From an uncultured virus (IMG/VR IMGVR_UViG_3300017917_005385) (Duplodnaviria > Heunggongvirae > Uroviricota > Caudoviricetes), in the IMG/VR virus record IMGVR_UViG_3300017917_005385: DNA of 64,000 nt; one strand, 5' to 3'. Made by a program: the position numbers and the translations under genes. Below are positions 39,436 to 49,065 of this stretch, piece by piece (position 1 is the first letter of the stretch; each line of letters opens with the position of its first letter). The notes beneath the pieces are model-generated. The model was not told the DNA's origin. It made no database searches and worked only from the letters and a program-made list of their open reading frames with translations.

Positions 39436-39459
39436 AAACCTCTCAATGAGAGGTTTTTT
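39434..39459. terminator. Bidirectional intrinsic terminator
   Basis: AAAAACCTCTC-AAT-GAGAGGTTTTT between convergent genes. Confidence 0.85.
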
Positions 39460-39461
39460 AA

Positions 39462-39731
39462 TTAGTTAGACCAGTTAGGATTAGCTATGATTAGTTTACC
39501 ACGTTCAACTCTAGGAATTTCTCCTAAATCTTGATTATCAGCATACTCAATATCTTCATCATAGAATTTTTTACCATTGAACATAATATAATTAGCTTCA
39601 TCTTTACCTCTATGTGAAAAACCTTGACCTCTTAATGAGTCATGAGCAGCATCAGAAACCTTATCTCCTGATAACCAAGAAAATAAACCTTCCTTTACTG
39701 AAAAACTTTCAAATTTTTTAATGTGTTTCAT
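39462..39731 (-). CDS. Putative capsid-internal protein (CTS-like N-terminus)
   Basis: MKHIKKFESF; TAATATATA 39763-39755. Confidence 0.7.
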   Translation of the reverse strand: MKHIKKFESFSVKEGLFSWLSGDKVSDAAHDSLRGQGFSHRGKDEANYIMFNGKKFYDEDIEYADNQDLGEIPRVERGKLIIANPNWSN

Positions 39732-39760
39732 GTTAGTATTATTTTTTATTAATGTATATA

Positions 39761-40483
39761 TTAATAATTCATAATCAAAAATTCAGTTCCCATTATTGTC
39801 ATTCTAGAGTCAAACTTACAATTAGAGTAAAGATCCTCAATTCCATCAAAATAGTAATAACTTAAAAGAAACTTACCTTTAATATTATTTAATACATTTG
39901 CTAATTCTTTGTGAGTTTCTTTTCCAAAATCGTGATTAATATAATATTCTTCTTTGCCAAAGTATGGTGGATCCACATAAAAAAATGCAGATTCTGAATC
40001 ATATTTACTAATTACTTCTTTATAATCTAGATTCTCAATAGATGTTATCTTTTCTAAATGGTATTTATATGCCTGATACTTCATTTTGAAAATCTTAAAT
40101 TCAGTATCACCTCTCCAAGAATCTTTTCCTATTTCATATGGTGATGAGCAACAAAGTATAACTAACCAATAAAGCGAAATTAAAAACTCATCTTTTTCTT
40201 TTAACAAACTTTTTAAGCAAAATTTATAGTAATTTTCATCTACTTTAGTTTCATTAACAAGATTAATGAATTCGGTATTATTCAGATTTTTAAATAAAAT
40301 ATGATTTAGATAGTTTTTATCATTATAGATAAAATTTATATTCTTGAACTTAGTAAAATCAAGTGCAAAAAAAACACCAAACATTCCACCGAATGGTTCT
40401 ACATAAGTAGAAATATCCTTTGGAATATTTGGCGTGATAAAATTAGCGAATTTAGATTTTTCTCCTAGATAGGGTATTAACAT
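39761..40483 (-). CDS. dam: Dam-like (D12 class) DNA adenine methyltransferase
   Basis: PYLGEK, YVEPFGG, YND, FYVDPPY. Confidence 0.85.
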   Translation of the reverse strand: MLIPYLGEKSKFANFITPNIPKDISTYVEPFGGMFGVFFALDFTKFKNINFIYNDKNYLNHILFKNLNNTEFINLVNETKVDENYYKFCLKSLLKEKDEFLISLYWLVILCCSSPYEIGKDSWRGDTEFKIFKMKYQAYKYHLEKITSIENLDYKEVISKYDSESAFFYVDPPYFGKEEYYINHDFGKETHKELANVLNNIKGKFLLSYYYFDGIEDLYSNCKFDSRMTIMGTEFLIMNY

Positions 40484-40492
40484 CTAAATTGA

Positions 40493-40735
40493 TTAATTTT
40501 TTGACTTCACAGATTTTTTAATTTCTTTGTGAAGTTGTTTGAAGATGGATTTAACTTTTCCAAACTTCATTTCACCGCTGATAGCAGACATATAAGCAGA
40601 TTCTAATCTAGCCATTCTTTCTTGAATTGGTGAATTAGTTACTTCAGTCTTATTTTCAGCTTTTTTTCTTCTTGTAGTAGTAGTTTTAGCCGCTGTTGAC
40701 ATTTTCTCTACTTTGTTTTTGTTTGTTGTTGACAT
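40493..40735 (-). CDS. Small basic hypothetical protein
   Basis: 80 aa, K/T-rich; AAAC-N18-TATAA upstream. Confidence 0.6.
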   Translation of the reverse strand: MSTTNKNKVEKMSTAAKTTTTRRKKAENKTEVTNSPIQERMARLESAYMSAISGEMKFGKVKSIFKQLHKEIKKSVKSKN

Positions 40736-40786
40736 AAAAATTATTATTGTAGGTATTATACAATTGAAATAATAATTTGTTTATTA

Positions 40787-41896
40787 TTATTTTTTAAATT
40801 CTTTTTTGTCATTAGAAATATAGAAATTATCAAAGTTGTAGTATTTTTCATACACCTCTTTAACTTTTTTCATATTAACCTCATCTAAAATGTCATACAC
40901 AGACCAACCTTTAGGATTGATATATTGATTAACATTTTTATATCTTAGAATTTCATCTTTTTCCATTCTTACTTTATAGTAGTCTTTTACAAGATTAAAT
41001 CTGTCTTTAGTCAGATACTTTTCAGGTTTTGTAATAACTTCTTTTACTGAATCAACAACAGCATTAAAGTTCTTGTTAGATGTTTGAGTAGCAATAGTGT
41101 TGATACCTTGTTCATTCATTCTACTTTGATAACAATGAACATAGTATACTAAACCTTTCTTTTCACGAATATCTTGATAAAGAGGTGACATCAAACCAAG
41201 TGATAACATAGCATTAATGTAATGAACATAAGCAAAATCTTCTTCAATAACTGGTGAAAGAATAGCAATAGACGTTTTATCTTTGAAATCATTATTTAAT
41301 TCTAATGGAACTTTATGGTCACCAAAAGCTATATTTTTAACAATTTTTCTTTCTGCAAAGTCTAAAGAATTATTTTTATACTTTTTATTTTTTGAAACAT
41401 TGATAATTTTTGTTGGCTTAGCATATTGAAGTTCAAAGAAGTTAAGACAATCCATGAACTTCATAGACTCTAAATCTTGTTTTAATCCAATTGGATCGTA
41501 ATCTCCAAATAGTTTACGACTAAGATTTAACATATGTGACTGTGATTGGTCATTGAAACAATCCATATATTCTTCAAGAACAATATTTCTTTCATTTTCA
41601 AACTGTTCTTTAGTAACATTGAATTCACCAAGTAAGTCCATAAACTCACCTTTCCACTTATTTACTTTTTCATCAAGTCCTGTTAAATAAAAAACGATTT
41701 CGTTATTTGAAGTGTAGGCATTCCAGTCAATACCATCTCTATCAAAATCTTCTTGAAGATGATCAAAGTTTTTACACATTAAATGTTCCATTAAATGGCT
41801 AATGCCATACCAACCTTTTTTCTCAAGGTTTGTTGAACCTTCATAAACTACATAAAAACCAGAAAGGTCTGTTTGAGATTTTAAATTTACTATCAT
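40787..41896 (-). CDS. M16 (insulinase-family) zinc peptidase
   Basis: GISHLMEH (HxxEH), NAYTS, ENERNIVLEE, IREKKGLVY. Confidence 0.9.
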   Translation of the reverse strand: MIVNLKSQTDLSGFYVVYEGSTNLEKKGWYGISHLMEHLMCKNFDHLQEDFDRDGIDWNAYTSNNEIVFYLTGLDEKVNKWKGEFMDLLGEFNVTKEQFENERNIVLEEYMDCFNDQSQSHMLNLSRKLFGDYDPIGLKQDLESMKFMDCLNFFELQYAKPTKIINVSKNKKYKNNSLDFAERKIVKNIAFGDHKVPLELNNDFKDKTSIAILSPVIEEDFAYVHYINAMLSLGLMSPLYQDIREKKGLVYYVHCYQSRMNEQGINTIATQTSNKNFNAVVDSVKEVITKPEKYLTKDRFNLVKDYYKVRMEKDEILRYKNVNQYINPKGWSVYDILDEVNMKKVKEVYEKYYNFDNFYISNDKKEFKK

Positions 41897-41946
41897 TTAT
41901 ATACACTTTTATTTAGTGTTATATATTTAATAAATAAGAATGTTTA

Positions 41947-42876
41947 TTACTTATTAATGTCAAATTGAGACCAAATGATAAGATCACCATCTATATATTG
42001 TGTCTCGGTAGGAATCCACTTTAAGTAAGCAATGAATCTAGAAGATATTTCTTCACCGGTAATCTTAGTTCCAAATTTTGAATTTATTTTATCAGCAATA
42101 CCTTGACAGAAAATAATTAATCTATCCTCTTCAACTACTGAAAATTCATTAATTGTTACAAATTGTTCAATATAGCTTTGTACAACTTTATTATAGTTTG
42201 CGGTTGTTGGATTATCTGTTAAGTTTTTAGTAATTATCTCTGACCAATTTTCCTTTAAATCATCTTGTAAATAAGTAAGAGCTACCTCATAATACTTCTC
42301 CATTAGACCAGGAATCTCATTGATATAAAGTTGACCATAAGGTGTTTGATGATATCCGTATTTATATCTAATTATAATCTCATCATCTTCATCAAAGTTA
42401 GCCCAACCATCACCACCAAGAGCAATTTGATTTTTATCAAGTCCTAATTTATCAGCAGTGAAGTAAAGATAAATATCACAATAACCATTTTTACTATCTA
42501 ATCTTGTTGACTTATACCACTCAAAGAAATCTTTACCAACTATTTTATTTGCTTCTTCTGAAAAAATAAGTTTAATCATTTCAAAAGACCAACCTTTTTT
42601 TGTTTCAAGTTCAGATTGCATATTTTTATAATCATGCTCAGGATTAGCATTTGCTCTTTTACAAAGATCTGAAAAATAACCTGTGTATTCATCTGAAGTT
42701 AATTCATCTATATCTTCAGTAAAAGTATCTCTTAACTCATTGATATCTTTTGAATTATTATCATCAATCATCTTTTTAACATCTGACTCTGTAATAACAA
42801 TAAGATTCTTGTCTAAGTCAAAAACCTGAACTGATTCTTTAATAAAATCACTGTACTTCTTCAGCTTGTTCTTCAT
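41947..42876 (-). CDS. Putative capsid-internal protein (CTS-like N-terminus)
   Basis: MKNKLKKYSDFIKES. Confidence 0.7.
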   Translation of the reverse strand: MKNKLKKYSDFIKESVQVFDLDKNLIVITESDVKKMIDDNNSKDINELRDTFTEDIDELTSDEYTGYFSDLCKRANANPEHDYKNMQSELETKKGWSFEMIKLIFSEEANKIVGKDFFEWYKSTRLDSKNGYCDIYLYFTADKLGLDKNQIALGGDGWANFDEDDEIIIRYKYGYHQTPYGQLYINEIPGLMEKYYEVALTYLQDDLKENWSEIITKNLTDNPTTANYNKVVQSYIEQFVTINEFSVVEEDRLIIFCQGIADKINSKFGTKITGEEISSRFIAYLKWIPTETQYIDGDLIIWSQFDINK

Positions 42877-42994
42877 TTAACTCTTTTTTGATTTCTTCTT
42901 TTTCCTCTTTTAATTCAGGAATATAGTTTATCCATTCTTCATCCATATAACCAATGTCGCTGTTGTTGCAATATGCAAATGGCTTATTTTTCAT
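42848..42994 (-). CDS. 48-aa acidic microprotein (not in ORF track)
   Basis: MKNKPFAYCNNSDIGYMDEEWINYIPELKEEKEEIKKELNEEQAEEVQ; TAATATATA 5 nt upstream. Confidence 0.5.
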   Translation of the reverse strand: MKNKPFAYCNNSDIGYMDEEWINYIPELKEEKEEIKKELNEEQAEEVQ

Positions 42995-43005
42995 AAAAGT
43001 ATATA

Positions 43006-43989
43006 TTAATAAAAATTTCTATTTTTTAAGTAGTTTAAAAAATTAAACGACTCATCTTCATAAGTTTTTAATATTTCTTTTGTTATATGTATTTCTAAAA
43101 GATCATCAAGGTATTTATTTTTTTGAAAATAATGTTCAGCTGGATCTTTTGCGATTTTACTTATAAGTGTTTTAGTCGGAATGCTATTCATTTCAAAGAA
43201 TTCTTTGAGAATAGCAGAACTTCTTAGACCAACTTCATCTTTGTCTGAAAAAATAACAATACTGCTGGGTTTCTTTTTTAGTAATTGATAAAGTTGAACT
43301 CCTGACCACATAGCACTTGAACAACTAACTGAATTTTTACTTAGATTTGAAAGTGCCATTGTATCGAAAATACCTTCAGTTATCCAAATTTCTTTATTCT
43401 CACTTATCTGATTTAATCCCCATACTGGAATATCTGGACAAGCTAATGAATACTTTAATGTTCTTGTTGAACCATTACTTTCAATTCCTATTTTTCTAAC
43501 TGCGCAATTTACTAATCTATTATTCTCATCAAATAATGGTATAACTATACCACCATTTTCTACCTTATCTTCTAATACTCTACTCAAAACAGGATGTACA
43601 CTAGCACCAATTATCTTTAATTGTTCTTTATCCTTAAAGTTTGACAATCCTAAAATATCCCAATTAAGTATTGTTTTTTCACCTAGACCTCTTTTTTCTA
43701 AATAATTATATTCTTCTTGACTAAGCATTCCAGAATTTTCTATGAAAAAATCAGTTAAGCTATCAATATCCTTTTTATGAATGATAACATCTTCCTCATT
43801 TACATTTAACTCATTTACATTTATTTCAACCATTCTATCATCATCCGACCAATTAGACTTACATTCTTTTAATTGATTTTCGATCCTAACTAAAGTAATA
43901 GGATTTAACTCTGGTAGAAAATTTGAAACAACGCCTTTAACAGATCGGTTATTGTATAAAATAAATCCGAGTTCTTCTTGAGTGTACAT
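43006..43989 (-). CDS. DnaG-like primase catalytic core (TOPRIM) without evident zinc-binding domain
   Basis: YLEKRGL, IVIPLFD, KY, WITEGIFD, FSDKDEVG, KDPAE. Confidence 0.75.
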   Translation of the reverse strand: MYTQEELGFILYNNRSVKGVVSNFLPELNPITLVRIENQLKECKSNWSDDDRMVEINVNELNVNEEDVIIHKKDIDSLTDFFIENSGMLSQEEYNYLEKRGLGEKTILNWDILGLSNFKDKEQLKIIGASVHPVLSRVLEDKVENGGIVIPLFDENNRLVNCAVRKIGIESNGSTRTLKYSLACPDIPVWGLNQISENKEIWITEGIFDTMALSNLSKNSVSCSSAMWSGVQLYQLLKKKPSSIVIFSDKDEVGLRSSAILKEFFEMNSIPTKTLISKIAKDPAEHYFQKNKYLDDLLEIHITKEILKTYEDESFNFLNYLKNRNFY

Positions 43990-44013
43990 AATTTATATAT
44001 TTAGAAAAATTAG

Positions 44014-44044
44014 TTGTCGAATTGAAATATATTTTCTATATTTG
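44014..44044 (+). promoter_or_regulatory. Bacteroidota sigma70-type promoter
   Basis: TTG-N20-TATATTTG. Confidence 0.65.
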
Positions 44045-44066
44045 TAGAAATAATATATTCAAATAA

Positions 44067-44705
44067 ATGATAAAAGTTGGTCTCTCAGGTAATAGATATT
44101 CAGGAAAAGATGAAGTTTGTAATCAATTCCGCAGGATTTCTATTCCTGTATTTGAAGCTGATGTAGTTTTAAGATTTATTATACATCATAATTTTGAAGT
44201 AAATAAAGAAATTAAATCTAGATTGAGTGAATTGTATGGTACATATGAAACTTATATTTCACCAGAGTTTGCAAAATCAAAAGAAGAAATTGACATTATT
44301 ATACAATGTGCTCAAGATGAATTATTCAGAGCATATGAACAATTCTCAATAAAAAATAAATCATCAATTTATACAATATTTAATTCATCTATACTTTATG
44401 AAACTAAATGGAATAAAGTTATGAATTATAATATCTCTGTCTTTGCTCCAAAGATTACAAGAATGGAGAGATTTCAAGAACTTACTAAAAAGAAAGTATC
44501 AGATATTGCTTTCTTATTAAGAAATGAAATTGATGATTTAGATAAGAACAAAATGGCTAACTTTGTATTACATAGTTATAGCGGCAGAGACGTAAAAAGA
44601 CAAGTTCATGAAATAGACCAGTTTGTGATAGATTCATATCTTAGAATGGAACAAACAGACAAATTAACTCCAGATGGTAAAGGTATAATTTTAACACATT
44701 TTTAA
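44067..44705 (+). CDS. coaE: Dephospho-CoA kinase-like P-loop kinase (divergent)
   Basis: MIKVGLSGNRYSGK..IPVFEAD..ILYE..K.KMANFV. Confidence 0.65.
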   Translation: MIKVGLSGNRYSGKDEVCNQFRRISIPVFEADVVLRFIIHHNFEVNKEIKSRLSELYGTYETYISPEFAKSKEEIDIIIQCAQDELFRAYEQFSIKNKSSIYTIFNSSILYETKWNKVMNYNISVFAPKITRMERFQELTKKKVSDIAFLLRNEIDDLDKNKMANFVLHSYSGRDVKRQVHEIDQFVIDSYLRMEQTDKLTPDGKGIILTHF

Positions 44706-45148
44706 TGAAAAATAAAATTAGAATTAAGTTAGTTTCACCAACTTCCAATAAGTTAGCATTTGTTAAACTTATTAAAGATTGTAGTGATATGGGTTTGAAA
44801 GAGGCAAAAGATATTTGTGACTTTTTACATGCGAATCCTGGTGTTGTTAAAGAATTCGAAACTAGAAAAGTTGACTCTAATGGTAATCATATAGACTTTA
44901 GAAAAAAGTTTGCTAATGATATCAAAAGTATTGATGGTAAATTTATTGTAAATGGTGGTTCTCAATGGGAGAGAGATGTAAAAATGCTAAAGCTTGGTAT
45001 TGGTGACACATCTGACTATTGTGAGGTTATCAAAGAAAATATTTTAAATAGTTTGGATAATTCAGAAGAGCTACTTAACTTTGTACTCTCGAAACTTTCT
45101 AAAAAAGAATTAGAAGAAGTTTTTAATAAAATCAATATAGAATTATAA
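44705..45148 (+). CDS. Ribosomal protein bL12 CTD-like domain + internal tag
   Basis: IKLVSPTSNKLAFVKLIKDCSDMGLKEAKDICD matches the L7/L12 GLKEAK signature; RDVKMLKLGI. Confidence 0.7.
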   Translation: MKNKIRIKLVSPTSNKLAFVKLIKDCSDMGLKEAKDICDFLHANPGVVKEFETRKVDSNGNHIDFRKKFANDIKSIDGKFIVNGGSQWERDVKMLKLGIGDTSDYCEVIKENILNSLDNSEELLNFVLSKLSKKELEEVFNKINIEL

Positions 45149-45544
45149 ATGGCAAACGCTTGGATACATTCAAAATCTTCTGCTCGTAAATACGGAGGAG
45201 AACCAGAAGATTATCTTAATATTCATATAAAAATGGATTGTTCAAAGGCTTATGTTGCTGATAACAGACACAGAGCATTAACACACACTAATTTTTGGAT
45301 TCATGAGGTAATGATACCTATTTTTGGTTATACAATGACCAATTCGGCTGGAAGAGTCGTATCTGTCAAAGATATTTGTGAACAACACATACTTGAAGAC
45401 TTTGGTATGAAGTTTATTCCTACCGCACAAGATTACATTGAAAACATGGAATTTAAAGACTGGATGCAAAATGGTATCAAAGGACATCCAACATCCTTTG
45501 ACAAACTAGCAGAAAAAGGTAATATTAAAGTAAATTTAGACTAA
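45149..45544 (+). CDS. DUF6915-like protein
   Basis: HSKSSARKYGG..DY..IH..D.SK..HRALTH..EQHILED. Confidence 0.7.
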   Translation: MANAWIHSKSSARKYGGEPEDYLNIHIKMDCSKAYVADNRHRALTHTNFWIHEVMIPIFGYTMTNSAGRVVSVKDICEQHILEDFGMKFIPTAQDYIENMEFKDWMQNGIKGHPTSFDKLAEKGNIKVNLD

Positions 45545-45547
45545 TAT

Positions 45548-46273
45548 ATGATAGTAGTTTGTAAAAGACCAACTAAAAGACTTGTCAAAGGAGTTCAATA
45601 TGAAGTCGTTAACTTATGGAATTCCGGTAATAATCAAAGATGGCAAGAAGGAAAAGTTCAAATATTAGGAATTGGAACATTCATAGTTGATAACTTCACT
45701 GATGTCAATGGAAATCCTCTTCCGAAGACAGATATTATTACTCCTCTTCAACCGCTTCAAACATTAAAATTTGAAGATTTGAAAAAAGGTGATATTTTAG
45801 TTTGTACATCAGATAGTTATAAAACCTTGGGTAAGGGTTGCATGTATCAAATTGAAATATTAAACCAAAAATCTAGTCAGAGAATAGGTTGGAATAAACA
45901 ACCCTATACACACACTGAACAAAAAATTAAATTTGTTGGTATACCTCGTACAATTAAATTTAGTAGTTGGAGGTTTAGAAAACTCACACCACAAGAATCT
46001 CGTGAGATTTCTTTAAATTCTGTTTTACATGGTGAAGAACCTGTAATTGTAAAATCAAAAGATATTCGTAAGATTGAAATGGCTGCTAACAAAGAGTTAG
46101 AATTAATGACAGCTCTTTCAAAATCAATAATTGATCCTAATAGACATCACCTATCTATTTTAGATTGGGCTTGTCAGAAATCAGGTGATAATCTTGGTAT
46201 TAATACTGAAGACTATTCATCAATGATGAATATGAGTCTAAAAGATATTCTTGAAAAAATCGAAACAAAATAA
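45548..46273 (+). CDS. Tandem SH3-like domain protein with internal tag
   Basis: Two VC....L.KG..Y.[VI] units; REISLNSVLHG. Confidence 0.6.
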   Translation: MIVVCKRPTKRLVKGVQYEVVNLWNSGNNQRWQEGKVQILGIGTFIVDNFTDVNGNPLPKTDIITPLQPLQTLKFEDLKKGDILVCTSDSYKTLGKGCMYQIEILNQKSSQRIGWNKQPYTHTEQKIKFVGIPRTIKFSSWRFRKLTPQESREISLNSVLHGEEPVIVKSKDIRKIEMAANKELELMTALSKSIIDPNRHHLSILDWACQKSGDNLGINTEDYSSMMNMSLKDILEKIETK

Positions 46274-46295
46274 AAATAAATTATATACAATAACT

Positions 46296-46784
46296 ATGAC
46301 AAATGACAAGTTCGCAGTTTTGAAAGAAAAACAAGCAGAAATTGAAAAACTGAAAAAAGAAATGTTAGAAGCGTCTAACAAGATTTTTACAGACCTCACA
46401 AAAACAATTTTTGAAGATCATCCTAAGGTTGAATCTTTTGGATGGACACAGTATACTCCATATTTTAATGATGGTGACACATGTACGTTCTCTGCACACA
46501 CAGACTATATTTATTTAAATGGAGAAAGTGTAGATGAGGCTAAATGGTTAAGTCCTGTTAATGTTAAAACTTGGGGTACTTGGAACCGTGAAAAAAGAGT
46601 TTATGAAGGACGAGAAGAAGTTCCTAATCTGGATTACGATAAAGAATTAGCTGATGCGGTTGAAGAGATTAAAGAGTTTCTTCATCACTTTGATAATGAC
46701 TTTTTCTTATCCCAATTTGGAGACCACGCTGAGGTAACAATAACAAGAGAAGGTGTTGATATTAATGAATGTGAACACGATTAA
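46296..46784 (+). CDS. Conserved phage hypothetical protein
   Basis: WTQYTPYFNDGD..FGDH; start ATG 46296. Confidence 0.7.
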   Translation: MTNDKFAVLKEKQAEIEKLKKEMLEASNKIFTDLTKTIFEDHPKVESFGWTQYTPYFNDGDTCTFSAHTDYIYLNGESVDEAKWLSPVNVKTWGTWNREKRVYEGREEVPNLDYDKELADAVEEIKEFLHHFDNDFFLSQFGDHAEVTITREGVDINECEHD

Positions 46785-46834
46785 TAAGTAACAATTAAAA
46801 TAGTAAATAATAAATTAAATTAAAAAAAAAGAAA

Positions 46835-48748
46835 ATGAGTAACATTTTAGATTTTATGTCAAATTATTGGTGGATTGGTGTAATCCTCCTTTGTGTAGTA
46901 ATGTATCGATTCATTCTACGAGTATTCTTCGGTCTTGTGATTGTACCAGAAGATAAAATTGGTTTAGTAACCAAAAAGTTTGTTCTTTGGGGTGAAAACA
47001 TGGAGTTAACAGGTGACCGAATCATCGCAACTAAAGGTGAAGCTGGTTATCAAGCAGAAACACTATCACCTGGTTTACATTGGTTTATGTGGCCTTGGCA
47101 GTATTCAGTGGATATGCAATCATTCATTGTTATCCCTGAGGGTCATATTGGTCTAGTATCTGCTAAAGATGGTTCTGTTCCAAAAACAGGTCGAATCTTG
47201 GGTCGTAGTGTTGAGTGTGAAAACTTCCAAGATGCAATGGCTTTCTTAAACAACGGTGGTCAAAAAGGTAGACAAGCCGCATTTATTCCAAATGGTGTTT
47301 ATAAGATTAATACACACTTATTTGAAGTATCTGCTGTTAAACAGGCAACTATTCAAGAGAATATGGTTGGTATTGTTACTACTCTTGATGGTGAGCCACT
47401 TGAGAATGGACAAATTGCTGGTAAAAACGTAGAGGCTCATAACAACTTCCAAAACTTTGACCAATTCTTAGAGTCTGGTGGTAACCGTGGTCTACAACAA
47501 CAAGTTATCTTGGCTGGTTCTTATAACTTAAACCCTTGGGCTGTTCAAGTTGAAGAAGTTCAAATGACTGAAATTCCTATTGGTCACGTTGGTGTTGTTA
47601 TTTCTTATGTTGGTGAAGATGGTGTTGACGTAACTGGTGCTAACTTCAAACACGGTAACTTAGTTGGTAAAGGACAAAAAGGTGTTTGGGCTGAGCCGCT
47701 TGGACCTGGTAAATACCCTGTTAATAAATACACTAACAGAGTTGAGTTAGTTCCAACTACTAACCTTGTATTGAATTGGGCATCTGCTCGTACAGAGTCT
47801 CACAACTTAGATAAGAACTTGAATACAATCACAGTTCGTTCTAAAGATGGTTTCCCATTCAACTTAGACGTGTCTCAAATTATTCACATTCCAATGACAG
47901 AAGCACCAAAAGTAATCGCTCGATTTGGTAATATGAATAACCTTGTATCTCAAGTACTTGAGCCTACAATTGGTAACTACTTCCGTAACTCAGCTCAAGA
48001 CTCTGATGTTATTGCTTTCTTAACAACTCGTAAAGAACGTCAAGACTCAGCAAAACAACATATCTCTAAAGTATTAGATGAATATAACGTTTATGCTGTT
48101 GATACTTTGATTGGTGATATTGTTCCACCACAAGAGTTGATGAAAACTTTGACTGACCGTAAAATTGCTCAAGAGCAAGAGGTGACTTTTGAAACTCAAA
48201 AGAAAGCCGCTATGTCACGTCAAACATACGAGAAAGAGACAGCTATTGCTGATATGCAAGCAGAGGTTGTTAAAGCTGACCAAGGTGTTCAAATTGCTGA
48301 AAGACACGCTGACGCTTCTGTTAAGAAAGCAACTGGTGATGCTCGTTCAGTTAAAATTAACGCTGAAGCACAAGCAGAAGCTACCAAGTTGAAAGCTGAA
48401 GCAGATGCTACAAGAACATCACTTATTGGTAATGCTGAGGCTGAAGCTATCCTTTCTAAGGGTAAATCTACAGCAGAAGCTTACAAACTAGCCGTTGAGG
48501 CGATGGGTAAAGAAAACTTTACAACATTTAAGGTTACCGAAGAGATTGGTAAGAACGGTGTGAAAATCATGCCTGACTTGTTAATCAATGGAGGTGGACA
48601 AAGCGGGAACGGTGCAATAGATGGATTATTGGGAGTTCAAATTCTTAATATGATGGGAAACCAAGTTAAGACTTTGAACGACACAACAGTGAAGTCGGTA
48701 GAAAATTCTGATGAGCCTGTTGAAGACTCTAAAAAGAGTAAGAAGTAA
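46835..48748 (+). CDS. SPFH/flotillin-like membrane protein
   Basis: N-terminal TM, repeated L.PG units, VRSKDGF SPFH core, AEA-rich coiled coil. Confidence 0.9.
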   Translation: MSNILDFMSNYWWIGVILLCVVMYRFILRVFFGLVIVPEDKIGLVTKKFVLWGENMELTGDRIIATKGEAGYQAETLSPGLHWFMWPWQYSVDMQSFIVIPEGHIGLVSAKDGSVPKTGRILGRSVECENFQDAMAFLNNGGQKGRQAAFIPNGVYKINTHLFEVSAVKQATIQENMVGIVTTLDGEPLENGQIAGKNVEAHNNFQNFDQFLESGGNRGLQQQVILAGSYNLNPWAVQVEEVQMTEIPIGHVGVVISYVGEDGVDVTGANFKHGNLVGKGQKGVWAEPLGPGKYPVNKYTNRVELVPTTNLVLNWASARTESHNLDKNLNTITVRSKDGFPFNLDVSQIIHIPMTEAPKVIARFGNMNNLVSQVLEPTIGNYFRNSAQDSDVIAFLTTRKERQDSAKQHISKVLDEYNVYAVDTLIGDIVPPQELMKTLTDRKIAQEQEVTFETQKKAAMSRQTYEKETAIADMQAEVVKADQGVQIAERHADASVKKATGDARSVKINAEAQAEATKLKAEADATRTSLIGNAEAEAILSKGKSTAEAYKLAVEAMGKENFTTFKVTEEIGKNGVKIMPDLLINGGGQSGNGAIDGLLGVQILNMMGNQVKTLNDTTVKSVENSDEPVEDSKKSKK

Positions 48749-48762
48749 TCTTCATACTATTC

Positions 48763-48796
48763 AAAAACCCTCTGATTAATTTCAGAGGGTTTTTTT
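48763..48796 (+). terminator. Intrinsic terminator
   Basis: AAAAACCCTCTGA-TTAATT-TCAGAGGGTTTTT. Confidence 0.85.
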
Positions 48797-48825
48797 ATTT
48801 TAAAATATTTGTGTATATTTGCCTT

Positions 48826-49065
48826 ATGTCAAGAACTCAAAAAGGTGATATATTGATTTGCTCAACAAATAAGCTTTATGGAATGAAGCAGCTATTAGTT
48901 GTTGGTGAACAATATAAAGTTGTTGATATATATGAAATGACTGAAAAGAAAATAGTTGATGTGATTCGTGTAAATACAAACGAAAGGCTAGGTCTATTTG
49001 ATGATAGACATTTTATACCAATAGATGTTTGGCGAGAATTTCAACTAAGAAAGATATTAGAATAA
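48826..49065 (+). CDS. SH3-like microprotein with C-terminal tag
   Basis: Start ATG 48826, 4 nt after TATATTTG; KGDILIC..L.VG.QYKV; ends REFQLRKILE. Confidence 0.65.
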   Translation: MSRTQKGDILICSTNKLYGMKQLLVVGEQYKVVDIYEMTEKKIVDVIRVNTNERLGLFDDRHFIPIDVWREFQLRKILE

